64,000 nt of DNA from a virus (taxonomy: Duplodnaviria > Heunggongvirae > Uroviricota > Caudoviricetes): the IMG/VR virus record IMGVR_UViG_3300023174_000136, positions 1-64,000 of that record; one strand, 5' to 3'. Positions within the stretch are counted from its first letter, which is position 1. Each line of letters begins with the position of its first letter. The translations under genes were made by a program, and so were the position numbers. The notes under the pieces are model-generated. The model was not told the origin of the DNA and made no database searches. It saw nothing but the letters and a program-made list of their open reading frames with translations. Below, in pieces: positions 25,501 to 34,800 of this stretch.

Positions 25501-28037
25501 TTTCACCGGTTACAAACATAACTGCATTTTCACTTAGTCCTAAACAAATATTGCCAACACAAAGTGGATTTTGGTCGAGTACAACTGCAACTGATATTTC
25601 TGCAGGTGGTTTACATAGTCTTGCCGTCATTTATAACACAAATCCGGATTCAGTTTATGCAATAGCATGGGGTGATAACACTTATGGGCAGTTAGGAAGA
25701 GGAAGTGTAGGATCGCTCGGCTTTGGTCAGGAGGCTACTCCGAGTGTTATGCTAACTCCCGCTGTTGTAGCACTGTCTTATGTAGTGGCAGTTTCTGCTG
25801 GCGGACAACACTCGTTGGTTTTGGATAGATCTGGCAATCTGTCCTCAACGGGAAATAATAATTTTGGTCAATTGGGTACAACATTGTATTTTACAGCAAC
25901 TGGATATTGTAGACCAATGCTTTCGCCTGTAGTAGCGTGTAGTGCTGGATTTTATCACTCATTAGCAATAACATCTAATAGAACTGTATGGGCATGGGGC
26001 GAAAATAGTTATCGTCAAGTTGATAACACAGGAATCTCTCGTAGTTCTCCAGTTCAAGTTTCGGCCACATTATCTGCTAATTTTATTGCTGCTGGTAGCA
26101 TATCAACATTTATAATTCAAACTGCAACTAACACTTTGTTTGTAGCAGGTTATAATCTTTATGGACAATTAGGAATTGGTACAAATAACACCTTTTCTGC
26201 ACTTGTAAGTTCAAGACAAACAACCTTCACAAGCCCATTACAGCTTGGAACCGATATGTGGTCTGCTGTTTCATCAGGTTATTTGTATAATACCGCAATA
26301 AGATCAGATGGGTCGTTGTGGGCATGGGGTACTAATAGCACAGGACAACTTGGAGATATCACAACAGTCACACGCTCTAGTCCTGTTCAAATTGGCACAG
26401 GTGTTTCATGGAAAGCAGTTAGTGCAGGTTATGATCATACATTGGCAATCACTAGCCAAGGAACATTGTACACATGGGGTGATAATTCTAGTGGAAAATT
26501 AGGAACAGTGGACTTGGTAACTCGTTCATCACCTGTTGCTATTGGTGCAGGAACTTGGAATTCAGTAAGTGCTGGTAGAAGTCATAGTTTAGCCATAAAC
26601 AGTCAACGGCAGATGTTTGGGTGGGGATCATATGCTGGTGGAACATTAACGCAAAATTATTCATGGACACAGTCAGCCTCTGGATTATCTCATGCTGCTG
26701 CAATTAAAGCAGATAACACATTATGGCTATGGGGGAAAAATACTTACGGACAGCTTGGAGATTTAACAACAAACTCACGATCTAGTCCTGTTCAAGTTTC
26801 CGGCGGAGGTTTGTGGCAACAGGTTGCCACCGGCGCTTATAGTACTTTTGGCATTAAAACAGATGGAACTCTTTGGGCATGGGGCAGAAATACTCAGGGA
26901 GAACTAGGTACAAATAGCACTGTTAGTGCATCTAGTCCTGTTCAAGTTGCAGGCGGAGGATCTTGGAAAACTGTTGCCGGTAGCAGCAACAGTATTAGTT
27001 TTTTTACATATGGTATTAAAACAGATGGAACTCTTTGGGCATGGGGAGACAACAGTTATGGACAGCTTGGTAAAGGTGATACGATTGCTAGATCAAGTCC
27101 TGTACAAGTTGGCACTGCAACATCATGGTCAAAATTACAAGTAGGATCTTTTGGTCCCTGTGTTATTGACACTGCAGGAAGATTGTGGGTATGTGGATAT
27201 AATAATGACGGAGCGTTAGCACAAAATGATATAGCTGGTCGATCAACACTAGTGCAAGTTACCAGTGGCGCGGTGTCATGGACAACAGTTTCAGCTTCTT
27301 TTGGCGTTTTAGCAATTGATGTTGCTGGTAACTTGTGGGGATGGGGATATAATATATATGGTTCATTGGGAATAGGCGACCAGACGCGCAGAAGCACTCC
27401 TGTACAAGTTACCGCAGTTGCATCTACATGGACCGACGTTGCTTTTATAGGCCATCCTTCTAAGGGTAATAGACAGAGTGCAATAGGAATTGCAGGCAAT
27501 CAAATGTATGGCTGGGGATTTTCAGTCCTTGCTAATACATTAAATATTAACCTTACTCCTGTTACAAATGGATTAAGTGGATTATCATGGAAACCATTGC
27601 CATCTATGAATAGTGTAGCAACATTAATCACACAACGAGGACAACTATGGACATGGGGCTACAATGGACAGGGAAATTTAGGAATAGGAACAACAGATTT
27701 TTATAGTAGCTATTATGGTTATTATGAAATACAACGCGCTTCTTTGCCAATGGACGCAGTATCAGCATATTCTCTAGTCGCAAGATCTAGTCCTGTGCAA
27801 GTCGGTTCGAGTAATCAATGGCAGTCAGCATTTGCCGGAAACAATTTTAATTTAGCAATTAATAATAATGCACTCTATGGGTGGGGATTAAATAACACTA
27901 ATGCAAGCATATCTGGTAGCTTGAGTAATCCTGCTTTCCTTGGTCTACCAGATACATATATTGCTGATCCACAGTTACTTGCAACAACAGCAACATCGGC
28001 ATCGGCAAAGAATCTAACATACATATTAAAGAATTGA
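22593..28037 (+). CDS. giant RCC1-repeat (beta-propeller) protein, 1814 aa
   Basis: About 30 repeats of the RCC1-like signature ...G.LW.WG.N.YGQLG.G....SSPVQV... run throughout. RBS ACGGAG. Confidence 0.75.
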   Translation: MPFLLEKWLLTIAQQQTSVTPVTSGYLYQGGINANLTQIGVSSWSQVSSGYADDNTYVLQDSTAKITVFSTSNSWGQLGSGVTGSSGGTSYQHSGSWKTVSTDGNSVIGIKTDGTLWVWGKNDIGQLGLVNVVTLSKVSPSGDHTLGIDPLGKLYAWGRNHVGQLGVNNTTLQPNIPTLIDSGSWIQVSASLGNFSSAAIRGDNTLWTWGGNSSAQLGHGDTESKSSPTQIAGSWAQVSMGTSHTLMLKTDGTVWGTGVNNKGQLGTLSQSWTQVAIGASHSLAISSNGTLWGWGSNGYLQIGYSVGGFYRSQPGLVTSGSWKSVSAGVSYSLAIDSNGLLYAWGDNLWGQLGTGTSDDQYSTPQLVSGGGSWKIVSATERGTIAIKTDGTLWAWGYNQLFNQLGLSFTDNYYLVPARPSNSAGSWNTVSAGSSHTLAIKSDGTLYAWGDNTYGQLGNQPSAALSWSQIVLGNAHTVALRSDGALFTWGANTYGQLGNSSSTAAQSPFKVGSSSWAFVSAGASHSAAIDINGSLYLWGLNTGGRLGDGTVVSRSSPVQVSGGGVWTRVACGLTHTTAIKSGGLLFSWGANTSGVLGLGTSTAAASSRSTPQQIGASTWSFVSSINLHVAAITTTGLLFAWGDGADSKIGDGFAVNRSSPVQVGTGFSWKTASAGINHTSAIRTDDTLWLWGLGTTGQLGDNTRVTKASPVQVAGTGTWAATASGNSYTVAIKTDGSLFSWGATSHILGDGTTVSRSSPVQIASFAGTWTSVSANLSTAVLVNNNRSIWGWGANASGQLGIGDITTRSSPVQIGASFATAGVSLISSATNWTAVSAGQYHSLALKSDGTLWAWGSGVYGQLGQGNITSYASPVQVVGTWTAIAVGVNHSLAIKNDLKVYGWGRGDLYALGGSSNIYTPTILYNSTNSNSIAAGGNNSAYLIPGNDNLYTTGLNTQGQNGWFNTFAPSGTGFSPVTNITAFSLSPKQILPTQSGFWSSTTATDISAGGLHSLAVIYNTNPDSVYAIAWGDNTYGQLGRGSVGSLGFGQEATPSVMLTPAVVALSYVVAVSAGGQHSLVLDRSGNLSSTGNNNFGQLGTTLYFTATGYCRPMLSPVVACSAGFYHSLAITSNRTVWAWGENSYRQVDNTGISRSSPVQVSATLSANFIAAGSISTFIIQTATNTLFVAGYNLYGQLGIGTNNTFSALVSSRQTTFTSPLQLGTDMWSAVSSGYLYNTAIRSDGSLWAWGTNSTGQLGDITTVTRSSPVQIGTGVSWKAVSAGYDHTLAITSQGTLYTWGDNSSGKLGTVDLVTRSSPVAIGAGTWNSVSAGRSHSLAINSQRQMFGWGSYAGGTLTQNYSWTQSASGLSHAAAIKADNTLWLWGKNTYGQLGDLTTNSRSSPVQVSGGGLWQQVATGAYSTFGIKTDGTLWAWGRNTQGELGTNSTVSASSPVQVAGGGSWKTVAGSSNSISFFTYGIKTDGTLWAWGDNSYGQLGKGDTIARSSPVQVGTATSWSKLQVGSFGPCVIDTAGRLWVCGYNNDGALAQNDIAGRSTLVQVTSGAVSWTTVSASFGVLAIDVAGNLWGWGYNIYGSLGIGDQTRRSTPVQVTAVASTWTDVAFIGHPSKGNRQSAIGIAGNQMYGWGFSVLANTLNINLTPVTNGLSGLSWKPLPSMNSVATLITQRGQLWTWGYNGQGNLGIGTTDFYSSYYGYYEIQRASLPMDAVSAYSLVARSSPVQVGSSNQWQSAFAGNNFNLAINNNALYGWGLNNTNASISGSLSNPAFLGLPDTYIADPQLLATTATSASAKNLTYILKN

Positions 28038-28045
28038 AGGTAAAA

Positions 28046-29770
28046 ATGCACGAAATTGATAAAATGCTACAACTACAGCTTGTTGGAGAACACCAAGCTG
28101 CCAAAGAACTTTCAGACCGATTAGAAAATATTGGTAAAGATCAGATTCTAGATCCTAATGGCAAAAATACCGAGGATATTTGGTTTAGGCACTGCTTTAA
28201 TCGAGGATGGTTCAAACTACAGGAAGGCGAATATCAAGAGGGAAGCCAACTATTAGAGTATGGTAGATTTCTTCAAGTCTATGGTAGTCCTCCATTAAAA
28301 ACCACTAAGCCTATCTATAATCCTGATCAACATGATCTTGAGGGTCGATCTTTAATTATTAGTCTTGAAGGCGGGTTTGGTGACGAAATTATCCATGCAA
28401 GATTTGCAACATCATTTAAGAAAAAAGGCGCCAAAAAGGTTTATATAGCTGCTGCTCCAGAGTTAGTAAGTTTGCTTGAACGTATCGAAGGAGTCGATGG
28501 AGTAATACTCAGAGATCAAGCAGATACAATAGAACATGATTATTGGTTACCGGGATTTAGTGCTGGTTGGTTAGCAGGATACAATTACGATACACTGCCT
28601 AGTGATCCATACCTAAATGCAAATCCAGGCAGTCAGCAAATTTGGAAAAGCATCATTAATAGCGACAAGATAAAAGTTGGTATAAGATGGGCAGGAAATC
28701 CTAAATTTGAACATCAGCAGTTCAGAAGATTTCCTGAAGAATTTATAATCAATTTGTCCAAATACAAGGAACTGCAACTCTATAGTTTTCAAAAAGATTT
28801 CAATACAGTCAATTTGCCTGAAAATGTCGTAGATTTAAATAATCTGTTGATCAGCTGGGAAGATACTGCTGCTGCAATTTCATGTTTAGATATTGTCATT
28901 ACCAGTTGCACCAGTGTTGCTCATCTATCAGCTGCATTAGGCAAAGAAACTTGGGTATTAACTCCGATCTTGCCATATCATACTTGGACTTATCAATGTC
29001 CTGAATCTAACACTTCACCATACTATAAATCAATCACGCTTTATCGTCAACGCACTCCAGGAAAATGGAATGATTGTTTTCAACAACTATACAAGGATAT
29101 CGAGCAGCGATTCAATTTAGAACACATAGATTTGCCCGATCAAGATAAAACTTATCAAAAATTAAATCTTGGATGTGGTGTTAAACATGCTTCGGGATTT
29201 ATTAATGTTGATCGATCTCAGATTTTTTCACCAGACGAGTGTGTTGATCTAGAAGTGTTTCCGTGGCCATGGGCAGATAATTCAATTGATCACATTATAG
29301 CCAAGGATGTGCTTGAACATCTTGGTGATACTTCACAAGATTTTATAAACATAATAAAAGAAATGTATAGAGTCAGTGCAAATGGAGCACTCTGGGAAAT
29401 TCAGGTCCCTCACTGGAGATCCGATAACGCACTAGGCGATCTCACGCATAAACAAATAATAACCAAAAATACATTCCAATTATTTGATCGACAATATGCC
29501 TATGACAAATTGAAAAGCGGGTACAGTGAATCATTATTGGCATTTGAGCATGACATAGATTTAATGATTTGCGGCACAGAATTTGACTATGCCAAAAACT
29601 GGCAAGATAGAATTGCTAAAAATCAAATTTCTGTCGAAGAGCTTGAATATGCTTTAAATACATTTAATAATGTTGCGATTTCAACCAGACTTTTAATTCA
29701 AGTCCATAAGCCTGGTAGATTTAACAACAACGAATTGATGGCATTAATTGATGATTTGCAGAGACCTTAA
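28046..29770 (+). CDS. bifunctional glycosyltransferase family 9 (heptosyltransferase-like) plus class I SAM-dependent methyltransferase
   Basis: The N-terminal half has GT9-like EGGFGDEII...DIVITSCTSVAHLSAALGKETWVL. The C-terminal half has methyltransferase motif I LNLGCGVKHASGFINVD and IIAKDVLEHL. ATG 28046 follows GAAGG. The track's TTG at 28034 is in the same frame. Confidence 0.6.
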   Translation: MHEIDKMLQLQLVGEHQAAKELSDRLENIGKDQILDPNGKNTEDIWFRHCFNRGWFKLQEGEYQEGSQLLEYGRFLQVYGSPPLKTTKPIYNPDQHDLEGRSLIISLEGGFGDEIIHARFATSFKKKGAKKVYIAAAPELVSLLERIEGVDGVILRDQADTIEHDYWLPGFSAGWLAGYNYDTLPSDPYLNANPGSQQIWKSIINSDKIKVGIRWAGNPKFEHQQFRRFPEEFIINLSKYKELQLYSFQKDFNTVNLPENVVDLNNLLISWEDTAAAISCLDIVITSCTSVAHLSAALGKETWVLTPILPYHTWTYQCPESNTSPYYKSITLYRQRTPGKWNDCFQQLYKDIEQRFNLEHIDLPDQDKTYQKLNLGCGVKHASGFINVDRSQIFSPDECVDLEVFPWPWADNSIDHIIAKDVLEHLGDTSQDFINIIKEMYRVSANGALWEIQVPHWRSDNALGDLTHKQIITKNTFQLFDRQYAYDKLKSGYSESLLAFEHDIDLMICGTEFDYAKNWQDRIAKNQISVEELEYALNTFNNVAISTRLLIQVHKPGRFNNNELMALIDDLQRP

Positions 29771-30464
29771 TTTACATTACAGTCATAATACAAAAGTTGA
29801 AAAAGCATATATCATAACAGTAACCGATAATAGCAAGAGTCAACAATACTCACAACGGTGCCAGGCAAGCTGCGATAGGGTTGGCATGCCATGGCAAACA
29901 TGGGAAGCTTACAACGGATACAACAATCCTATAACGGTTCCTGGACATGCAACCAATCATGCTGTTATGAATATATTAAAAGTTACCGATCACTATTTGA
30001 CCCGAGGTGAAGTTGCTTGCGCACTCAGTCATATTAGTTTGTGGAGTCATTGTGCTACTATAGATCAGCCCATTGTTATTTTAGAGCACGATGCCGTTAT
30101 GATCCAAAGATTTGAAGAGCATAGTTCATTTAATTCCATTATCTATCTTGGTGGAGCAGAATGGGTAAAACATAACTGGCCAATATTAAATATACCTCCA
30201 CATGCAACAGAGGGTCCAAATTATCACTTTATTTGTCGAGCGCACGCTTATTCAATTGATCCTACTATGGCAAAAAATCTTTTAGCTCATGTGATTAAAC
30301 ATGGAATTTGTGCTCCTTTAGATATCATGTTAAGAGCTGATTTGTTTAATATCACGCATAATGGTGTTTTTGCCTACGATGACGGAGATGCTGCCCTGAC
30401 AACAATTGAAAATCGACCCGCTGAAGGCAGAACTACTAAACGCAATGACAGGCTAGAGTATTAA
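29748..30464 (+). CDS. glycosyltransferase family 25 (LPS/LOS beta-glycosyltransferase-like)
   Basis: GEVACALSHISLWSHCA...PIVILEHD matches the GT25 signature (GEiGCxLSHxxLW). Confidence 0.65.
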   Translation: MMICRDLNLHYSHNTKVEKAYIITVTDNSKSQQYSQRCQASCDRVGMPWQTWEAYNGYNNPITVPGHATNHAVMNILKVTDHYLTRGEVACALSHISLWSHCATIDQPIVILEHDAVMIQRFEEHSSFNSIIYLGGAEWVKHNWPILNIPPHATEGPNYHFICRAHAYSIDPTMAKNLLAHVIKHGICAPLDIMLRADLFNITHNGVFAYDDGDAALTTIENRPAEGRTTKRNDRLEY

Positions 30465-31072
30465 TGTATAAGTTTACTTGGGATTTTAATTTTAACAAAG
30501 AAGGTGGCGCAAAAGCAAATATTGCTGCACTGATCAATGAATTTGGCCTTCCAACAACTATTGTTGAAATAGGATCATACGAAGGATTAACTACTTTTTG
30601 GATGAATGATGAAATTGGACCGTTGAATCCTAATCTTAAAATTTATAGTATAGATCCGCATGGCGGAAGTATAGACATAAAAGACGATTTTAACACAGTT
30701 GCTGAAAATTTTCACCACAATATGCAGGTATGCGAAAATAATAAAATCACTCACCTTAATAAAAAAAGTGAGCATGGCCTCGTTGATTTAATAAATCAAA
30801 GAATAGAAGCTGAATTGATTTATATTGATGGTGATCACACTGCCGGTACTGTATTAACTGACCTAGTCTTATCGTGGCAAATATTGAAAAATGGCGGAGT
30901 TATACTCTGTGACGATACAGTGGTGTGGAAATACAAAGATAAAAACGGAGCCTGTTCTGCGCAAATGAGTCCTAGACTAGCGGTTGAAACATTCATTCAA
31001 TGCCATTGGCATGAACTTGAAATTTTGGCCTTGCCAAACAGTACTCAAACAGCATTTAGGAAAATTATATGA
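30464..31072 (+). CDS. class I SAM-dependent methyltransferase (CmcI/TylF-like, Methyltransf_24-type)
   Basis: TIVEIGSYEGLTTFW, IYSIDPHGG, LIYIDGDHTAGTVLTDL and NGGVILCDD are the motifs of this family. Confidence 0.6.
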   Translation: MYKFTWDFNFNKEGGAKANIAALINEFGLPTTIVEIGSYEGLTTFWMNDEIGPLNPNLKIYSIDPHGGSIDIKDDFNTVAENFHHNMQVCENNKITHLNKKSEHGLVDLINQRIEAELIYIDGDHTAGTVLTDLVLSWQILKNGGVILCDDTVVWKYKDKNGACSAQMSPRLAVETFIQCHWHELEILALPNSTQTAFRKII

Positions 31073-31863
31073 ACAAAATAGTTTTTACCGCAGGATTGCC
31101 AAGAGCCGGATCTACTCTTCTTGGCGCAATATTAAATCAAAATCCTAGATTTTCAGCAGGTATTACAAATCCCTTGGCACCATGTATTCGATCAGTAATT
31201 AAAGAAACCTCGACTAGACTAGGAAATAGACAAGTTTGCGATATTGAAACAAGAAAGCGCATGGTTAAATCTCTCATAGAAATGTATCATGAAGAGGACT
31301 CTGCTGAAGTAATTTTTAACCATAACCGTACTTGGCCACTGGCTTTGAACATTATCAAGGATATATATCCAGATGCAAAATTAATATTATTAGTTCGTGA
31401 CCTAGGATGGATATTAGATAGTTTTGAAGTTTTATTAAGAAAGAATCCCTATGTATATTCAAGATTATTTGATAATCTTGAGACGGATACAGTTTACGCT
31501 AGGTGTGAATCTCTTTTGAAAGAAAAAGGCACAGTTGGATTTGCCTATGATTGTGTTAAACAAGCAATGACAAGTGAATTTTCTGAAGATATTATGATCA
31601 TTGATTATGATTCTTTTGTGTCGAATCCCAAATTAGCAATTGAAAATTTATATAATTTCATTGATGAACCGCTATTTGAGCATGACTTTGAAAATGTTGA
31701 GAGTAGTTTTGACGAATATGATGAAGATTTAAGTGCTCCAGGATTACACACTGTAAAACGCAGAGTGGAGTTTGTTCCTAGAAAATCAATTATTCCTCCT
31801 GATATTTGGTTAAGTGTTGAGGGCAAAGAAGTTTGGAAAATTCAAAATTCAAAGAATAGCTAA
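31069..31863 (+). CDS. sulfotransferase (PAPS-dependent)
   Basis: FTAGLPRAGSTLLGAIL is the 5'-PSB P-loop. LLVRDLGWILDSF is a 3'-PB-like motif. Confidence 0.6.
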   Translation: MNKIVFTAGLPRAGSTLLGAILNQNPRFSAGITNPLAPCIRSVIKETSTRLGNRQVCDIETRKRMVKSLIEMYHEEDSAEVIFNHNRTWPLALNIIKDIYPDAKLILLVRDLGWILDSFEVLLRKNPYVYSRLFDNLETDTVYARCESLLKEKGTVGFAYDCVKQAMTSEFSEDIMIIDYDSFVSNPKLAIENLYNFIDEPLFEHDFENVESSFDEYDEDLSAPGLHTVKRRVEFVPRKSIIPPDIWLSVEGKEVWKIQNSKNS

Positions 31864-31893
31864 ATAAGTGAAAGTAACTTATGGAGTTAATCT

Positions 31894-34800
31894 GTGTCCA
31901 AAATAAAACTACGTAGAGATCTAGCTGCCAACTGGGAAAGCATTAATCCTGTGTTATCCTCGGGAGAGCCTGGATTTGATTTAACATCTAAAAAATTAAA
32001 AATAGGCAATGGTATCACCGCATGGAACGGATTACCATATGTTTCTTCGGATAATACAGCTACTCCAGGACCACAGGGTCCACAAGGTATACAAGGTATA
32101 CAAGGATCAGAAGGACCTCCTGGACCACAAGGTATTCAAGGACCTCGAGGACTTCAAGGATCTCAGGGTGTTCGTGGCGTACAAGGAATACAAGGACTTC
32201 GCGGCTCAACCGGAACACAGGGTATTCAAGGACTACAAGGCGCACAAGGTGCGGCAGTAAGATTACTTGGCACTGTTACCGATTTTACATCATTGCCAGG
32301 ATCGGCCGAAATTGGCGACGGGTATATTACGGTTGATACTGGCGATCTTTGGTTTTGGGGAACAAATACACAATGGTATGACGTTGGTAGAATTGTTGGA
32401 CCCCAGGGCATTCAAGGAATCCAGGGTCCCGTAGGTCCACAAGGTCCACAAGGGTCCACGGGCACTCAAGGAATTCAAGGTATTGAAGGTCCTCAAGGCG
32501 AACAAGGTCCTCGAGGACTTCAAGGAAATACCGGAACTCAAGGCATTCAAGGTCCACAAGGACTTCAAGGACTTCAGGGTCTAGTAGGTCCCGGAGTTGC
32601 ATCTGGTGGAACTATTGGGCAAATATTAGTCAAAGCTAGTTCAAGTGATTACGATACCGCATGGTCAATACCATCAACCATAGCATTTACCGTTACTAAC
32701 ATAAGTTATTTTACAAATGATGTAGGATATATCACCTCAACTTCGTCATTGATAAATGGAACTGCAACTTTCTCTCTCAATACAGCCGGTACACTTACTT
32801 CGCCTGGATCTATTATTCCCGATACGGATTTATCATATGATTTGGGATCTACGTCTAGTCAATGGCGTAGTTTGTATGTAGGAACTGGCACTATCTATAT
32901 AGGCGGAGTAGCTCTAGGCGTTAACCAGGACAACTATGTCACAGTCGATGGTAATCCTATTATTACATTAAACACCGCCGGTAATATCACACTTCAGGGT
33001 AATAATATTGTTGGTACTGTTACTATATCAGACACGGCGCCTGTAGTCAACACAGGAACACAATGGTTTAATACTGTTGAAGGACGTACTTATATTGCTG
33101 CCAACGGTTTGTGGTTAGATTCTAACCCAACACAAATTCCAAGTCCGGAAACATATCTAGATGGATTGGCAATTGATGGTACCATTATTAGTACTGCTAA
33201 TGTTGACAGCGATGCTATTGTGGTAGATGGCGGGGATAATACAAAGTTATCTGTCAGCAACAATAGTGTAAAGATACAAACTCCCGGAGAGCAAACTCGT
33301 TCATTTTGGGTAGCAGAATACGGTGGTATAACCACCGCGACTACTACGTCTACATTTACTCTAGGCACCGGTGCTTTCTATGATAGTCTAGGCAATGTAT
33401 ATGTACTAGGAGCTATACAGTATGGTGACTTTAATTTTAACAATGTAGATAGTCTATTTTTAAAATATGACACTAATGGTAATTTACTATGGCATAGGAC
33501 ATGGCATGATGATGGAGGCTATAATTGTGGCACCGTCAATCAAGCATTTGCAATAGACAGTAATGACCGTATCTATTGGCTTGCCACTGATGCTACTGGA
33601 TACAATTGTTGGACTGGTTATTTTGATACCGATGGAAATCTCGGGCTTGGCGGAACAGCCCAACAAAGTTTAGGATTTACCAACGGAAGCCTTTCTGCTA
33701 CCGATATAGCATGTGATAATTCTGGAAATTATTATATAGCAGGTTCTTACTATAATAGCAATGATACTCCGGTGGTGATTAAAATCGACGGAGACACTGG
33801 AAATGTAATTTGGAACGGTAATATAATACCTGAGGATTTTGAAGACCTTCCTAGTTTCGGACGATATCGTGCTGTAACTGTTAACCCGGTGTCTGGTGAT
33901 GTTTGGGCCATAGGTGATTACGACGACGATGGCGGTTTATATGCCATGCTATCTAAGTGGGACATCAACGGTACACATCAATGGACCAAAAAATTAGTTA
34001 CTCAAACCGGGGATATAGCGTCTGCGGTAATATTTAACAGTGGTTTTGTTTATACCATAGTAAACGATGACGGCGAACAAAAAGCGGTGGTGTCTAAATT
34101 TGACACAGATGGAGTTTTGATATGGGCTTCAGATCTGGCAGTAGGAGCGGTAGATCCTATTGCGAATTACTTGGAGAACTCGGGCGCATACGATTTAAGT
34201 TTTGATGCCAATGGCAATGTCTATGTAACTGGAATAATACCATCTATTAGTAGCACTAATCAGTTGTGGATAACAAAACTTGATCCTTCTAATGGTGAAA
34301 TGTTATACAGTCGTATGCTAGGAACACAATCGGGAGTAGCTATTATTGATGGATCTACCTATGGATTTAACAATGCTATTGGACACAGGGTAGGCGATAT
34401 CTATGAAGATAAAATTGCTGTTACTGCCATAACTCCCTCAGATATTAATGACAGTACTAGTACTAACGAAATAAGAATAATAGTAGCGCAACTGCCTATT
34501 GATGGTAGTATTGTTGGCACATTTGATAATGTAAGTATACTTGACATTACAAATGACTTGAACAGTATCTGTTCAACCGGTACATATACTGTAACCACCT
34601 TAATGTGGTCAACCTCTACCGCAGAAACACTACAATCAACCAGTACATTAGGCATTAGTTATGTTACTGATATAATTGGACTATCTGGCGAAACAATTTC
34701 TTTAGACAGTGTCAGTAGATCTTCTACCGTAACCAACACTTGGACATTTGTCAACAATAATATCATACTACCACCAGGTGGTGATATCCTTAACAGCAAT

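Noticed and set aside
27056-27499. 147-aa minus-strand ORF inside the RCC1 gene
   Set aside because: It is antisense to a continuous 1814-aa repeat protein. No start context was seen.
32060-32602. Five minus-strand and alternate-frame ORFs (for example 32009-32260, 32060-32245, 32290-32568, 32327-32602) over the collagen region
   Set aside because: They are antisense or frameshifted readings of the Gly-X-Y repeat DNA, whose periodic low-complexity sequence stays open in several frames. The + strand collagen frame is continuous for 1627 aa with the conserved N-terminal domain.
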